Positions 1 through 13,658 of a stretch of DNA of 64,000 nucleotides are shown piece after piece (position 1 is the stretch's first letter; each line of letters begins with the position of its first letter). The position numbers and the translations under genes are program-made. The DNA comes from Macrostomum hystrix (taxonomy: Eukaryota; Animalia; Platyhelminthes). The notes under the pieces are model-generated. The model saw only the letters and a program-made list of their open reading frames with translations, searched no databases and was not told where the DNA came from. The stretch is from contig CATNEN010000029.1 in assembly GCA_950097015.1 (NCBI GenBank), positions 1,984,001 through 2,048,000 on the forward strand, written 5' to 3'.

Positions 1-635
1 GGCTAGGGAGCCGGTGGGAGGCGCTACTGAATGCCACTCACAACTCTGAGAGATCCTTACTATTCATTCTTGAATCTTCTCTGAGTAACACTTTACACGG
101 AGATTGAGAAGGCTTCTAGACAGTAATGCTGCTTGAGTCCATTACTCAAACGAAGCTTTAGAAAGCTAGCATAGTGCTAAACAGAGGCGGGACCACATGC
201 GCTTACACAGGTAGACAGCCTGCGGTGTCATGCTGAGACTTATTAGAAGCCTACTACTTATACATAGTATTTTTATACTGAGAAGCCACACGTTCCATTA
301 AGTTCAGCTTGGATGGAGTGAAATAGTAGCCTTATATGCAGTCTGTCTCCAGAGCATAAAAGTGAATGAAAACAAAACTAATAATGCAATTTGTCTAGTT
401 TTTTTATTTCGCTGAGTATTTTGCCTATCTTGCTAGCTATTAAGAGGAGCGAAGTAAGTGAATGATTAATGGTTTCGCTTACGAAGATGGCTTGTGGGCG
501 GAATGGGTAATGCGTTTTACCGTGCGAGTGGAACAGTAATAATAATATTTTCATCGGACTTGCCACTAGAATTTAGCTCTAAGTGGCAATATAAGCGGGG
601 CTCTTAATGCTCATTGTATCACCAGAAATTTCTCG

Positions 636-1122
636 AGTCATAGTTGTACCACCTGACACCATCTAGAGTCATGTTTGTACCACCTGAAGCACATAGAGTC
701 ACGTTAGTACCAGCTGACACATCTAGAGCCACGTTAGTACCACCTGACACATCTAGAGTCACGTTAGTACCACCTGACACATCTAGAGTCGTGCTTGTAC
801 CACCTGACGCATCTAGAGTCACGTTAGTACCACCTGACACATCTAGAGTCATTTTAGTACCACCTGACACATCTAGAGTCATGTTTGTACCACCTGACAC
901 ATCTAGAGTCATGTTTGTACCACCTGACACATCTAGAGTCATGTTAGTACCACCTGAAGCACCTAGAGTCATGTTTGTACCACCTGACACATCTAGAGTC
1001 ACGTTAGTACTACCTGAAGCACCTAGAGTCATGTTAGAACCACCTGACACATCTAGAGTCATGTTAGTACCACCTGACACATCTAGAGTCATGTTAGAAC
1101 CACCTGACACATCTAGAGTCAT
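636..1122. repeat. 30-bp minisatellite (~16 copies; gtaccacctgacacatctagagtcatgtta) in intron 1 of the PKDCC-like gene
   Basis: Visible tandem unit; ORF translations repeat every 10 aa (MTLDVSGGTN). Begins ~12 nt after the splice donor at 1134. Confidence 0.95.
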
Positions 1123-1134
1123 TCAACGCCTCAC

Positions 1135-1692
1135 CTTTACAATGCCTTCAGCGCCGTCCAGAGCCTGCAGGAAGACCAGTTCACGCAGGAATTTGGCAGC
1201 CAGCTGGCGGTAGCAGCCGGCCGTGTCGCCAAGACGACTGCGGAGGCAGTCCAGCATGTCGCGACCTCCGCGATGCGGCCGCTTCAAAGCCACCGTCTCG
1301 CCAGTGTCGGCGTCAGCGGCTAGTTGAGTCGCCTTGCTCCAGCCGGCGCCGAGAGGCCGCAGCGAGCGGTAGCGCCGGCGACAGTTCGATTCTAGCAGCC
1401 GACGTTCGAGCTGACGGCGTTGCGCTTCGTTGCTGACAATGTCCAACAGCGCAGCCGCATATAGCTCAGACAGGCTTGTCGCCAAATCCATTCTCGGCTC
1501 AGCTGGGTCGTGAGGTGGCGTCAAGGACGACGAGGCGAACCCCAGCGACCGTGTCGCCTCTTCGCCCGCGAATTGATGACAAAGCAGCAGGCCCAGCAGG
1601 CCCAGCAGGCTCACAATGATCAACAGGAGGCTAGTGATGACCGCGACAGCTAGAGCCTGCACCGCAGGACGACGCGACTGCACCTCGCCCAT
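1135..1692 (-). CDS. PKDCC: Exon 1 of a PKDCC/VLK-like (secretory-pathway) protein kinase; remaining exons outside the window
   Basis: N-terminal hydrophobic anchor (ALAVAVITSLLLIIVSLLGLLGLLLC), then LGAGWSKA...VALKR..GRDMLDCL..LGDTAGCYRQLAAKFLRELVFLQAL, matching from memory the PKDCC N-lobe (GSGYTKAV..VALK..GHDLGSC..GCYRLAAHKLLKEMVLL). Phase-0 donor AAG|gtgagg at 1135/1134. Confidence 0.72.
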
Positions 1693-1795
1693 TGCTTCTG
1701 GGATGGTGGGAGAATGGGCGCGTGATTAAAAGCCAAGCTGAAAAACTATCCCCAATCTTTACTCGTAACCCTCACGCCTTTTAGCACCACCTTCC

Positions 1796-2040
1796 GTGTC
1801 TTATCTGTCTTCCTCTGTCTCACCTGTCTTTCTCTGTCTCACCTGTCTTTCTCTGTCTTACCTGTCTTCCTCTGTCTCACCTGTCTTTCTCTGTCTCACC
1901 TGTCTTTCTCTGTCTCGCCTGTCTTTCTCTGTCTCACCTGTCTCATCTGTCTCATCTGTCTCATCTGTCTCATCCGTCTCCCTCTGTCTCATCTGTCTCA
2001 TCCGTCTCCCTCTGTCTAATCTTTCTCATCCGTATCCCTC
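1796..2040. repeat. TC-rich ~19-bp degenerate minisatellite (ctcacctgtctttctctgt) upstream of the PKDCC-like start
   Basis: Visible tandem units grading into tgtctcatc repeats. Confidence 0.85.
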
Positions 2041-4500
2041 TGATGAATGGGCTTCCTAATATATAAAAGAATGTTTAACAATGCAGGATTTGACACTTCA
2101 GTCGGACCTTGTGGCCTCCTTTTGCATATTCAGCTGTTGGGTGTCATTTTTCATTAGATGTTACTGATCTTTCAACTTTGCTAATCAACGGACACCAGTC
2201 ATCGGCCATATTCTCTTCCCATTGATCCAATGTGGCCCTCAGCCAAGCGACACAGAAAAAAACGCATAAGGCGACCGATTGATTCAGGTAAGTAAGCGGT
2301 CGAGTCGGTGACCCTGTCTGTCAACTGCAATAACAGTTAGGACCATCCACTGCCCTCCCCTATGCTGGAACAGGGTGGTGATAGAACAGTGCAGATGCCA
2401 ATGCTTGTTAGTTAGAACTGAAAATAAGTTACCAAAAACTAAAGCCAAGAACACCAAGAGAGAGAGAATGTTCGGATTTCGCCCAGCAACAGAATCTATA
2501 GTCTATATTCTAGCTGCAGTTGCATGCAGTTTGCAATCAACGCCCAGAGCCTTGGAAATCCGAGAAATGGGAGAGATAATCGATATGGGATATTTTAACC
2601 AAAATTACAAAAACAGTATCGTGAGCAGAGCAACCCGGAGTACTTTTAGTGCAGTGTAAAAACTGTTGTAGTTTATTGAGTAAAAGGCTTGCCCAATGAT
2701 GCCCAACGAACTGTTGTTTGCTGTTGTTTTGCTTCTTAATTTTGAGATCACATGAAATTTTTTAGGCAGCGCCTGAATGCTAACAGCGTTGAGTGGTGAC
2801 TGAGTGATTGATTGACAGACTAGACGATGGTGTCCTGTGGTTGAGCTGCGCCTAGTATTTTGGCTTGATCAATGAAATTGGAGAAATTCGCGTCAGGGTG
2901 TCCATAGGTTGACCTATTTCCACCTGTTGTAACCCTTGAATGTCCAGCAAATCCGTCTAGATAAAGGTAGGTGACAACCGAAGACGGAGATGATGCAGGC
3001 ACATTCGGGTGACATGCTGATAAATTTTGAAGGCCTGACAAGGCCGCACTGAGATGCAGTGCTAATGCATATGTGTGTATGGAATACACTATAGCGCTTA
3101 TGGGAAAATTCACACCTTCGGCCACAAACATTGAGTATCTCAAATCTCTGAGGAGCTGGCGAGACTATTGTTGTTTTTGTGGTGCAGCACATTTTAAGTA
3201 CTTGTTTCAGGCTGGATTTTTTTAAAACAATGCTCACCTGCAGCAGATCGCATCATTGCCTTCTTACTTCTACCGTGCAGATTGTAACAATCTTTCTAGC
3301 TTTATATCGGGCCTCTTTAATACTTTGTATCGGGTCTTCTGTTTTTTACAAGTTGAGCCGCTAAGAAAAGAAGACGCTAATGAGGATTTTTGGGGACTTT
3401 TGTGTTCTATTGATTCTCGATTTCAAGTAGGCCTCAGATCTATTAAAGAAACGGGCGCTGAGCAGTTTCACGGGGCAATGCGGCTCTCCCTGGCTCAGTT
3501 TATCTATGTTTTTTTCTTTCTCGATGAGTATGTGTTGAGCTGGGAACAGCCGTTACAAATAGCTTGGAGGGAGATAAAGGATGGGATCGGGCGGAGATGT
3601 GAAGGAAATTGAGGCGTTGGGGCGTTTATAAATCCAACGCTGGCCTCCCAATTAACACTGGCTAGAGCTGTCACTCTTCCCTCTCCGCCTACCAAAGCTT
3701 CTACGCTAATGATGCGGTTGATGGTCACGTGACCTCATTGGTCGACACCGCGCCAGCCAATCCGACACTGCGGGTGTTTAGTAATGGCACTGAAACTCAT
3801 GCAGGCAATACAGAGAAAAAACTGTAGGCAAAAACCACACCAGCTCCACCACATTACAATGCGTGAGGATTTCATGAGCACTGCTGAGGCTGCAGCGTGG
3901 GTGATGGAGTGAAACTGAAAGCCCCTACGCCTTCCGGATCTTCCGTTTTTTGTAACGAAAAAAAGTAGATTCCACAACCATGGGCTGAAGGGAGAGTAAT
4001 GTTGAAAGTTTTTTTCTTAGAAAGGCCCAGTTAAGGCTTCTCTCTTAGCTTCTTTCTCATTCTCTTCGATAGCCTGCTAGTTTACAGATATTGTTGGCAA
4101 AGCTTTCAACACTGCGCCGCAGCTGGCAAGGTAGCAAGAAGGCTGCGTGCCACCGCAGCCTCACAAAATGGAGAAGGGAAGGAAGGAGTGGGTGGAGGGG
4201 AAGGAAGAGACGCGAAGAATGAATGGATGAGTTTGGGCAGCGACATTTGGCATGTGTGTGTCGCATCGTTTTTGTCTAGCTTAGGGCCTCCTACATCGCC
4301 CCCTGTGCGACATTGTTCCTGCTCCCATTATGCACCTGCTGGCCTGAGGCTCACCAATCAATATTCTGGGCTAAACTGTGCCTTCCGTTTGCTCACTCTC
4401 TCTCTATCCGTGTGCTGATTCTGTAACTTGCTTTGAGTCTCATCCAGCACTCTCTGCATTTCCTATTGCCATCATTTTACCCTCTATGACTATCATATAA

Positions 4501-4830
4501 CTCACCCTCTTCATCTCACCCTCTTCATCTCACCCTCTTCATCTCACCCTCTTCATCTCACCCTCTTCATCTCACCCTCTTCATCTCACCCTCTTCATCT
4601 CACCCTCTTCATCTCACCCTCTTCATCTCACCCTCTTCATCTCACCCTCTTCATCTCACCCTCTTTATCTCACCCTCTTCATCTCACCCTCTTCATCTCA
4701 CCCTCTTCATCTCACCCTCTTCATCTCACCCTCTTCATCTCACCCTCTTCATCTCACCCTCTTCATCTCACCCTCTTCATCTCACCCTCTTCCCCTGACT
4801 CTCCTACTCTCTTCATCTCACCCTCAGCAT
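4501..4830. repeat. 14-bp minisatellite (ctcaccctcttcat), ~21 near-perfect copies
   Basis: Directly visible. Confidence 0.97.
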
Positions 4831-5588
4831 CTCAACAGGATCTGCTACTTTGTAATCTAATCTAATCTGATAGAGATCAAACCAGGAAATTAATTCGTGC
4901 CAAGAACCGAAGTCATTTGTTGCGTGCAGCACTTTGCAATGCTCATTAACTTAACAGATATTGTGGGTAAGCTGTTGACGTACTATATTTAAATCATAAA
5001 GCTGCATTTCAGTAAAACAAAAATGGTGCCCACCGCAGTAGAACCAACCAGCAATAATTAAAGCAGCAGAAGTTACTCGAAATAATTGCAGGTGGTCCAT
5101 TATTAATAAATACGAGCTAGCTGTATAGAGCATGCTGTGGCACCCTCACATAGTTAAAATCGGTGAAAGCTAGCGCGCTGGGGTGTCTCCTAAAACACCG
5201 TCCCCTATTTCTCAATTGCAGTCTTCAACTGCCTGCAACGCAATCATTTGTGCAGGTGAACTAATATACTTCATACCTCGCAGCTTTTACTATAACTTCA
5301 CTCTACAAGCAATAATAGCAGAAAATGCAACAAACTTCTGACTATGCTGCTGATTTTGTGGACCATTGGTGGGGGCCGTGAACCTCGCGACGACGCCGCA
5401 GGGGGTCGCACTGCGATAGCGACACTGCATGTGGCGTGAAGAATTAAGGCCATGCAGGGAATTATAGAAGGATAGGTTGGAGCCTTGTCCGCCGCTCTGG
5501 CCCACATTGCATGGCCATTGGGGTGGGCGCTAGGCAGCTGCTGTCAGTCAGACCTGTCCGTCATTTAGAGGGGCAGGGCTTCTCTAGA

Positions 5589-5620
<32 letters not shown>

Positions 5621-8600
5621 TATAGAGGGGCCTCTCTAAATACGCGCACACTTCTCACATTGCTGCAGTGTGTAGCAAGACAATTTGTAGTATATAGAGG
5701 ATCTAGACAGACAGACAGGCAGACAGACAGTCGGATATGCAGACAGTGGGCTAGACGAATGGACAGAAATTAAGAAGAGACAGTGGTTAGTAATAGCAAA
5801 AGGCAACCAGTTTTTACCTCGCTAAAGCCACTCCATAGCGACCTTGCATCCGCGCAGACCGGCTATGAGCTGCCTGATTGACAAAGGAAATATAATCTCG
5901 ATGATACTATCCTGTAAAGTTAAAACAACTTGCGTTAACTGTTGGTTGCTAAGGCTTGCCGTTCTCTGTCACCTTTTGTCATTAAGTAGTTTGGCTTGTC
6001 TTCTGCAGTTAGAAACGAGAAATTGGGATTAAAAGCCTACGTCGTTTTCAACTTCTTACAAAATGCCCCTGCAGTTCAATAAACAAATTCACCGATGATT
6101 TTTGCCTTGATTCCAATAACGCTGTATTTTGGGTCCCCAAATAAGTAGAAAATAATGGAATCCTATAGCGGCAGCTTATTATGAAGGCCAAGTATGAAAT
6201 GCTTCTCTTCTGGATGTTGTTCGATAAATGCAAACTGTCCAACTCGGAGCGGGTGAGAGTACTGTCAGTATTTTGGCTGACTTGTATTTTTACTGTCTAA
6301 CAGCTCCTGATGTTCACCGTTACAAAAGGTTGCTGCGGTCCCAAGGATCCAGGTTCCATGAGATGAAGCTCAAAAGCAACCCTAGGCCTCGGCGTCAAGA
6401 TCTATGCTTCTATGCTCTAAAATTCTGGGCAGCAAAGCCTGAGCTTCTACGCCGATACATGACTCCAAGTAGTGAGCAGTGATTTTTGGCTAAAAGCTTA
6501 ATATGCGTAAAGATTTCCTCTATTGCTTGTTCCTCTATTCCTCCATGGATAAATTAAATTCTATTATATTATCAATTTTTTAACATTTCTGATGCTTCTA
6601 ATTCATTCTTTAATTAAGACGATTCTAATTAATCGTACTATTCGCGGATATACCCCTTAGCAGTCTTTGACCTGATTTTTCAGCTATATTACCGAGCGTT
6701 AATTGCTATAGATCCCTGATACTGGTTCCCGGGCAGGTGGTCCCAATTATTTATGCCAAACTGAGTGTAAGAGAGAGAAAAACGCAGTACGGTAATGCGA
6801 CCAGTATGGCAGTCCGACACCCAGCAAACATGTCCATCAGAAATCGCGCCAACGATACTTTCATTGCCTTGAAATTTTCTTTCTCTCTGAATAAGTTTTT
6901 ATTATCGACAAAATACCAAACTGTTTATTGCACGCTAAATATAAAACAAAGCAGTGTTGTTGTTAGAAAAAAATCGTTTAGTATTGAGTTCTCTCATAAA
7001 AAAATGCCCATGTTATTAGAAATAAAGAGCGAGCCTGAATACATCGTCACGTCATGAATACCGGCCTAATAAATCAATTTATATATCGTCAACATGTATG
7101 ATGAAACTAATTATAAAGGATCTTTCTAGTTTAAATTATAAAATTAATGAGTTTAGACTATTTTATTTAATTCGTAGCAAATTATGTATAAAGAAGACAA
7201 GTTTAATACTTTACGCTCAAGAGACACATTTTTGCTGATACCTGCTTATTCGATCAATTGTCGAGACAAGTCAAGATGTCAACATCACGGAGGGCAGTGA
7301 GGCGCATGCACAGCTGGCACAGAGTGCTGGTCTGACAAGTAAGATAAATTGTGGGTCTTATTAATAAATATTAATATTTACATTTGCTTTTATGCTACTT
7401 CTTCAGTAGTTGTCATGCTTTAGCTCAGTATCGAGAATCTGAGAAGTCCTAGACTTAGTTAGAATTTATAACAAAACAAATTATAGGTATTAAAAATTAT
7501 CAATACTTTCTAGAGTAGACGCTAACAGCTCTAAACACGTTATTTTTTTAACGCTGATTAGTAGCACTAAAAATGCATGATGTAAAATAAATTAGTTTCA
7601 AACTAAAATTTAAAGTTCAAATTTCCAACTAATGAACGGCGGTCGGCGGACCATGTTCATCATACGGAGCTTATAAAGCATTTTTGCTAAAAGCGCGCTA
7701 AGGCGCTGTCAGGATTTAGACATAATTTTTTATGTGAAGTAAGGGATCTAATTCATTTATTTTTATTTTACATTTTATACTATTGTAGAGCAAAGAATTC
7801 AAAATATGTAATCGTATGAGTCGTAGACCTAATCCCAGTCTTTTCTGGCCGAATGAAACACCACATAGCTCCACTGCCTTGATAAAATCTGGTTGATGCT
7901 CCTTGGCTTTGTAGCAGCATAGCTAGAAACAAAGGTAGGCCTAGTATATTGTAGTATAGGGGCAGTTGATTGGGAGCATCTATATCTGATATCTGTATCA
8001 TGTATGCTTGATGAGCAGCATTCTAATTTCAGGCAGGGCCTATTTAATGTCAGTGTCCATCAGTGAAGCATTGTTATTAACATTTTTGTTTTCATTTGCA
8101 TTTAATATAGTCTAGTGCTTGCTAATTTTTTTAAATTATAGTCAGAAGTGCTTATTACCATGGTCCCATGCCAATAATTTTCTGCTTATCCACGTGGCAG
8201 CTTGTATGAATAGGTCTACTTTTAAGTCCCTACCTATTCTTCTCTGAGCATTAGGCTTTTGCTTCAGAGTATAGTGCATAGTGTACACTACCAATGCATA
8301 GGGTAATGTATCATCAACCAAACAGTGTATCTTCAAAACCGAACAAGATTTTTGACTCCTTCCTTGGTCTTATGCAAGACAGAAACAAGCTATTGTATTT
8401 CACAGAACAACTATTTTGAATGTCAATGAAATTATTTACAAGCTAAGGCATGACATACAATGAAGCATTAAAAGGAAAGAAAGATATGGATGTTTCAGTA
8501 GAAATTTTTTATCACAAAAGCATACTTTTTGATAGCATTTTTTCAGCATGTACTTTAGACTAAGATTGTATGTGGTTGCTTTCCAATTAAATTATCATAA

Positions 8601-9586
8601 ATGTAGTTTTTTATGGAGCATGAAAAATGCTTTCAAATGATATAATTCATGATAGATCACTCCTTAAAATAAGATTAAACCACTCACTCAAATTTTAAAA
8701 CTGAACATCAAATTCTCTGTTTGGTTTGAAGATACATGAAAATCATTGTTTGGTTTTAGATGAAAAACATGAATAACTTTTTTCTATTTGACAAAATTGC
8801 AAAAGCAGATACCATTTAGAAAGACAAAACAGTTTTCTATAACTTGGCTTTTGATTTATCATGATATCTTAAATAGAAAATCTGTAGCTTAGGTTTGAAG
8901 TTTAAAAATGCATATTCTTGTTTGGTTGATGATACATTACCCTAGTGTAAAAGAATAACAATGATGTATAATGTGTGATGAGTTTGGTGCTGACTAGAAT
9001 TCTGCTGGTTGAGTTGTATGATTTTCTTTGATAGACTTTACTTTTTAAGTCAATATAATTCAAATGAAAACACGTAACAATGACAAAATATTTAGTAAGT
9101 TGTTATTAAAATAATTAAAACGGATAACATTAATGTTGGTTAATGAATGTGTAGGTCAAAATGTAGAACACAGTCATAACATACTGGCAACTTTGTTGAT
9201 CTATTGGCTTAAGGGTTCAACAAAACGTTCAAACCCGAAAAGGCCTCATTTCAAAGAACAGAACCATGTGGATAAAATTGAAATTAATGGCACCGCATTT
9301 TTATATATGAGTTTTAGACCTATTCATACAAGCTGCTGTGTGGATAAGCAGAAAATTATCAGCACGGCTCCGTGTGGATAAAATTGAAAATATCGGCATG
9401 CAACTGTGGGAATAAGCTCTGCCATTGCAGTCTCTATGTCAGTGACAATACATAGCAAACTCACATTGCTAGGCCTACCTTCAACTGATCAGACTGAAAT
9501 TCAGCTGTAAAATAGTGAACAATAGAAAATTAGCTACTAAGACTAAAAAAAGTCTAAGTCTAATCACAGCACTGATCATCAGTACC

Positions 9587-11890
9587 CAGTGTTGGGCCCA
9601 TTACTTAAAAAGTATCACTTTAAGATGATATTCCAGTACCAATACTCTAAAATGTATCAGTGAGATTTGTTGGTCCAATACCAAAAACTAAGTATCGCCA
9701 ATACTTTAAACTGATACTTAGTCCAATTACCAATATATAATTTCCTTACTTTCTGCATCTGTCAAGCCTAAAATTGAAGAAAAGTTTTTAATAAGTTCAT
9801 TCTTAGATGCTAAAGATTCTAGTGAGACATGGCTGACCAGAGAATAAGATTAAATTGGTAATATATTTTTATGAATTGAAAGTAAATTTATTTTAATTAA
9901 AGTAAAACTATAAGTTGCCATTGCAATAACTCACTAATTAAATTTAAGGTGACTATGTTCTAATACAGGTTAAAATAAAATAAATAAAATTAGAAAATAA
10001 CTTGATGTAGTAGTTTTAGTTGTATTTACTAACTAGTTAGTCAAAGTTGTGGACTCATTGTTAGTTGTCACTCATCAATAATGACAGTGAGTGTTCAGAA
10101 TCAGAACAGTAACTTAATATAATGTTTAATTTTGATCAATTAAACATTGATCAAAATCAAAATAAAAAAATTTACTGTTAAATTAGGTAATTAACATACT
10201 TTTGTATTTTTGTTACTATCTTTAATCCTTTCCAGGCTTTTTAGCCAAAAAGCTAAGATGTATTAGTACTAAAATAAATATATTAGATTATTGGACTATT
10301 GGCCAGACAAGAAAACAGCAAGGGACAGGCAAGCAGACAGGGAAGGCCATATAACAATACAACTTGCACTTTGACAGTGCTGTGGAGATCAATGTTATTT
10401 TTGTTTAGGTGCCATGTTGTAAAACTTCATGCAACTTCATGAGTCTTCATAGAAAAAAATTATGTGTTTAGTGTGACAGAATAATAAGCCCATTTGAAGA
10501 GGCTCATACCAGTGATATGGCCTACTTTTATTTAATAGAGAAAGAGGTTGAGCAAATTCTGGTTTAGACAAATCAAGGTGTTGACAGACCAGAGTGTATA
10601 GAGCATACAGGTGGTATAAATAAAGAGGGAGGGTTAGAAAGTGGGGTAGGTCCAAAGGGCACAAAGAAAATCAATAATTATGAACCAAACAGGCTGCAAG
10701 GTCAGGGCCATGGAATGGGATCAAAATACTAGTATCATGAAAATAGGCTACAATATTTCTGTATCAATATTGGTTATTTGCATAAAAGAACATAATAAAG
10801 ATCAACCAAGATTATTTAGAAGTTGATTGCTTTCTGTATCTTTCTAGTCAGTGACCAAGTGCAAGCAGCAGACCAGGCATATGGTTCATAATGGCTATTA
10901 GAAAATTGACAAGGTTTCCTAAGTCTGAAGAACTAATAGGTAATTGCTTTATACTTGTCAAAAGCCTGAATTTAAAACTTTCACATGGGCAATTTTCCAA
11001 ATGTTATTAACAACCTCAACAAAAAGAAAACAAAGTTAGCTATATCTGAATTTCTAATTGGCAATTGTCCATTAATATGTAGAGCAGCAACAAAAAATAA
11101 AAAATATCTAACATCAGCTTCACCTTTTGGCACTCTACTGAAAAGTCACCCATTTTGCTGGGTTTTTTTTCTTGCTTAATGAAAAATGGTTTCAGTGGAA
11201 GTCTGGATTTAAATTCCTGACCTAAAGTTATGATGATGCTATTATTTATGTCTGGTGTAAGAGGCAACACAATAGCTAGCAACATATTAAATGAACAAAT
11301 TAGGAAAATATTTAGGATGCATGGTAATACAAACAATGCAATATGTTACTAATACAATCAAAATATGCAAAAATAGCAAAAAACTTCAAGAAGCACTTGA
11401 TTGAAGAAAATTGATTATTATATCAAGATTCTTGGTAAAATTATATGCTTACTTTTATTTTATATTGGTGAAATCTTGTGCATTGCATTAAATTACATCA
11501 CATTGTATCTGGGTCCCCAGACTTACAAAGAATCAAGTGTCAAATTTATGCTTCCAAGTAATGTTAGTATTGTAGTCTAACTTTAATAGATTTCATTTGG
11601 GATGGATAAACATATTTGACTACAATTACAAGTACCTTAAGCTTTTTAATTATTAATCAACAGTTGAATTTTAATTGAACATTGAATCAAAGTAAGTATT
11701 CCACATTGCTCACAAATATAACATAGCATATATTCATATTTGACTGCAAATAAGAAGGTTGAGACTAGAGTTTTACCTAAACTTTTCTTAGTTTTTTAAA
11801 AACTTATATAATTGAAAGTAGCTACTATTGAAAGTAGTATGCTTAGCATAAAATGTTACTTTTTATAAGTAACTAGGTAACTGGGATTCC
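9587..11890 (+). mobile_element. Possible highly decayed hAT-like DNA transposon remnant
   Basis: AT-rich block starting cagtgttggg with repeated agtatc/ttact motifs; faint peptide traces (ISPFEEA ~10480; KYLTSAS and PKVMMMLLFM ~11100-11250) resembling hAT transposase motifs. No matching right TIR found. Confidence 0.2.
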
Positions 11891-13658
11891 TGGGAAGCTG
11901 ACAAGCTGTGTCTCTTTAGTTCTATCTTACCTTTCCCCACCACCTCTTTGCCTGATAATGATAAAAAGAGAAGGAACAAGTGGCTTCGCATTTTTCTAAC
12001 ACGGCATATTTCACAGGAGTTGTGTGTGTGTATGTGTCTAGCGCCTTGTGGACTCCTGGATTTGTCTTCGTTAGTCTTCTATGTTGGGTCTTCTTCAACG
12101 TCTTCATTCTAATCCTATCGTGTATGCCCGCTGGTATTTGTCTTATCAGGTAGGGAAGATTGGTAGCTAACCACTGTGCACACAGATTTTATGTTTTTAT
12201 TATGCTTTTCTATGCAGCATTGTAGTAAAAACTTTTGCCTTTTGGCCAAAGCCCCTCCCTAATGATAAACAGGGATAGGAAAGACAAAGTGGAGTGCATG
12301 TAGTTTGGTTGGCTATAATTCTCCTTCTCCTTTCTTTACATCATTCTTTACCTATGGCTACATCAGGATTTGCATTTACATAAGGGTCGGCATTTGCCTG
12401 TGTGTTTGTGTTTTTTCTTGTTCAATACATTGTGTAATGTCCGCTTCCTAAGCCAAGTTAATTGTTAGCCTATTTAATGTCTCTATAAGAAATTTAACTC
12501 TAACTGAATAAATATTTTTACCTACGTCATAAAACGCTATAAATATTGAACGGTTTTTTATCAACTATAATCAAACTTCGCAGTCAATGATCAGCACATA
12601 CTACTAGCAGACTAACTGACATTTTATTGACAAGCAGTACGACAACCGGAGTTTGCTCGGAGTAAAAGACGTGTGGGGTCTGGTGTCCATTTATTAATAA
12701 AGCTTCTCTCTGTCGCTGTCCCTCCCCCACCAACTCTAGCCACTACCATACCCATTTTACCCCCCCACCCTCTTGTAAGTCCGTTAAATGATTGACGCGC
12801 CCCGGAGCCGGGCAGTCGCGTGGCCATTGGTTGAAAGCCGACTCTCCAACCGAGGCCGCCTTGGCTTATAGACTGGGGGTGGGGGAGAGGGCTCTGAATG
12901 GCGCCCGAGCTGATCTGCCGTCGCTGATAACCAGAGGAGGGGCCGGTGCCTGAAAGAGAGAGACCTACGGGTCCCTAATAAGAGATAGAGAAAAAACTAG
13001 AAAGATAGATTGATATTATAGAAATCTAGGAGGTCCAACACGCCGGCTGTCCAGCCGCCCGCCTCTATTTCAGATTTGCTTTGCTGCTTCTTGGCTTTGC
13101 CCGAACTCTTTTTCTTTTTCATCCCTACTAGGGCCACCTTTGGACCACCTTTTCTTCTCCTCCTTCAGCTTCCTGATAGCAATCTCGACGCGCGCCAGCC
13201 CGACGGGGGGTTCTCTTCCTCCACCCGCCTCCTACGACTCTTAGCGGGCCTTTCTTTGGCTTTTCTAGTTGCTTTTTCCTCACCCCTGCCTTTCCTCCCT
13301 ATCAGGCGGCCTCAGGTCCCCCGCCCCTCCCTTCCTCCCTGCGTCAAAGCCTCGAATCGGTGGCCCAGTGAGAGAGGGCAGAGAGAGAGAGGCGCAAACG
13401 GGGCGAAGAAAAAGAAACACTAGCCTCCCGCCCCACCGCCCAGATAGGATAAAAACAAAAGGAAGTGGCAGAGCTGTGTAAGACCTGCTAAAAGTGTCAC
13501 TATAACTTGGACTCCGCAATCATTGCGTCTGGTTGATGCATTGTGCTCTGAATTGATTCCACAGTCACCGCAGTCAGTGTACGCTGGCAGAGCTGGCAGA
13601 CAGCAGCCCGCACCATCATCCTCATCATCGGCAGCAGCAACATTATACGTCGTCGCCT

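Noticed and set aside
619-1213. 167-aa and 189-aa repetitive ORFs on both strands
   Set aside because: Products of a 30-bp intronic minisatellite.
5290-5507. Two overlapping minus-strand ORFs near a (CAG)n tract
   Set aside because: No recognisable homology or consistent splice chain.
6182-6482. Short plus-strand ORF with an apparent 52-nt intron (6252-6303)
   Set aside because: The spliced product is ~44 aa with no homology, and it could not be linked to neighbouring exons.
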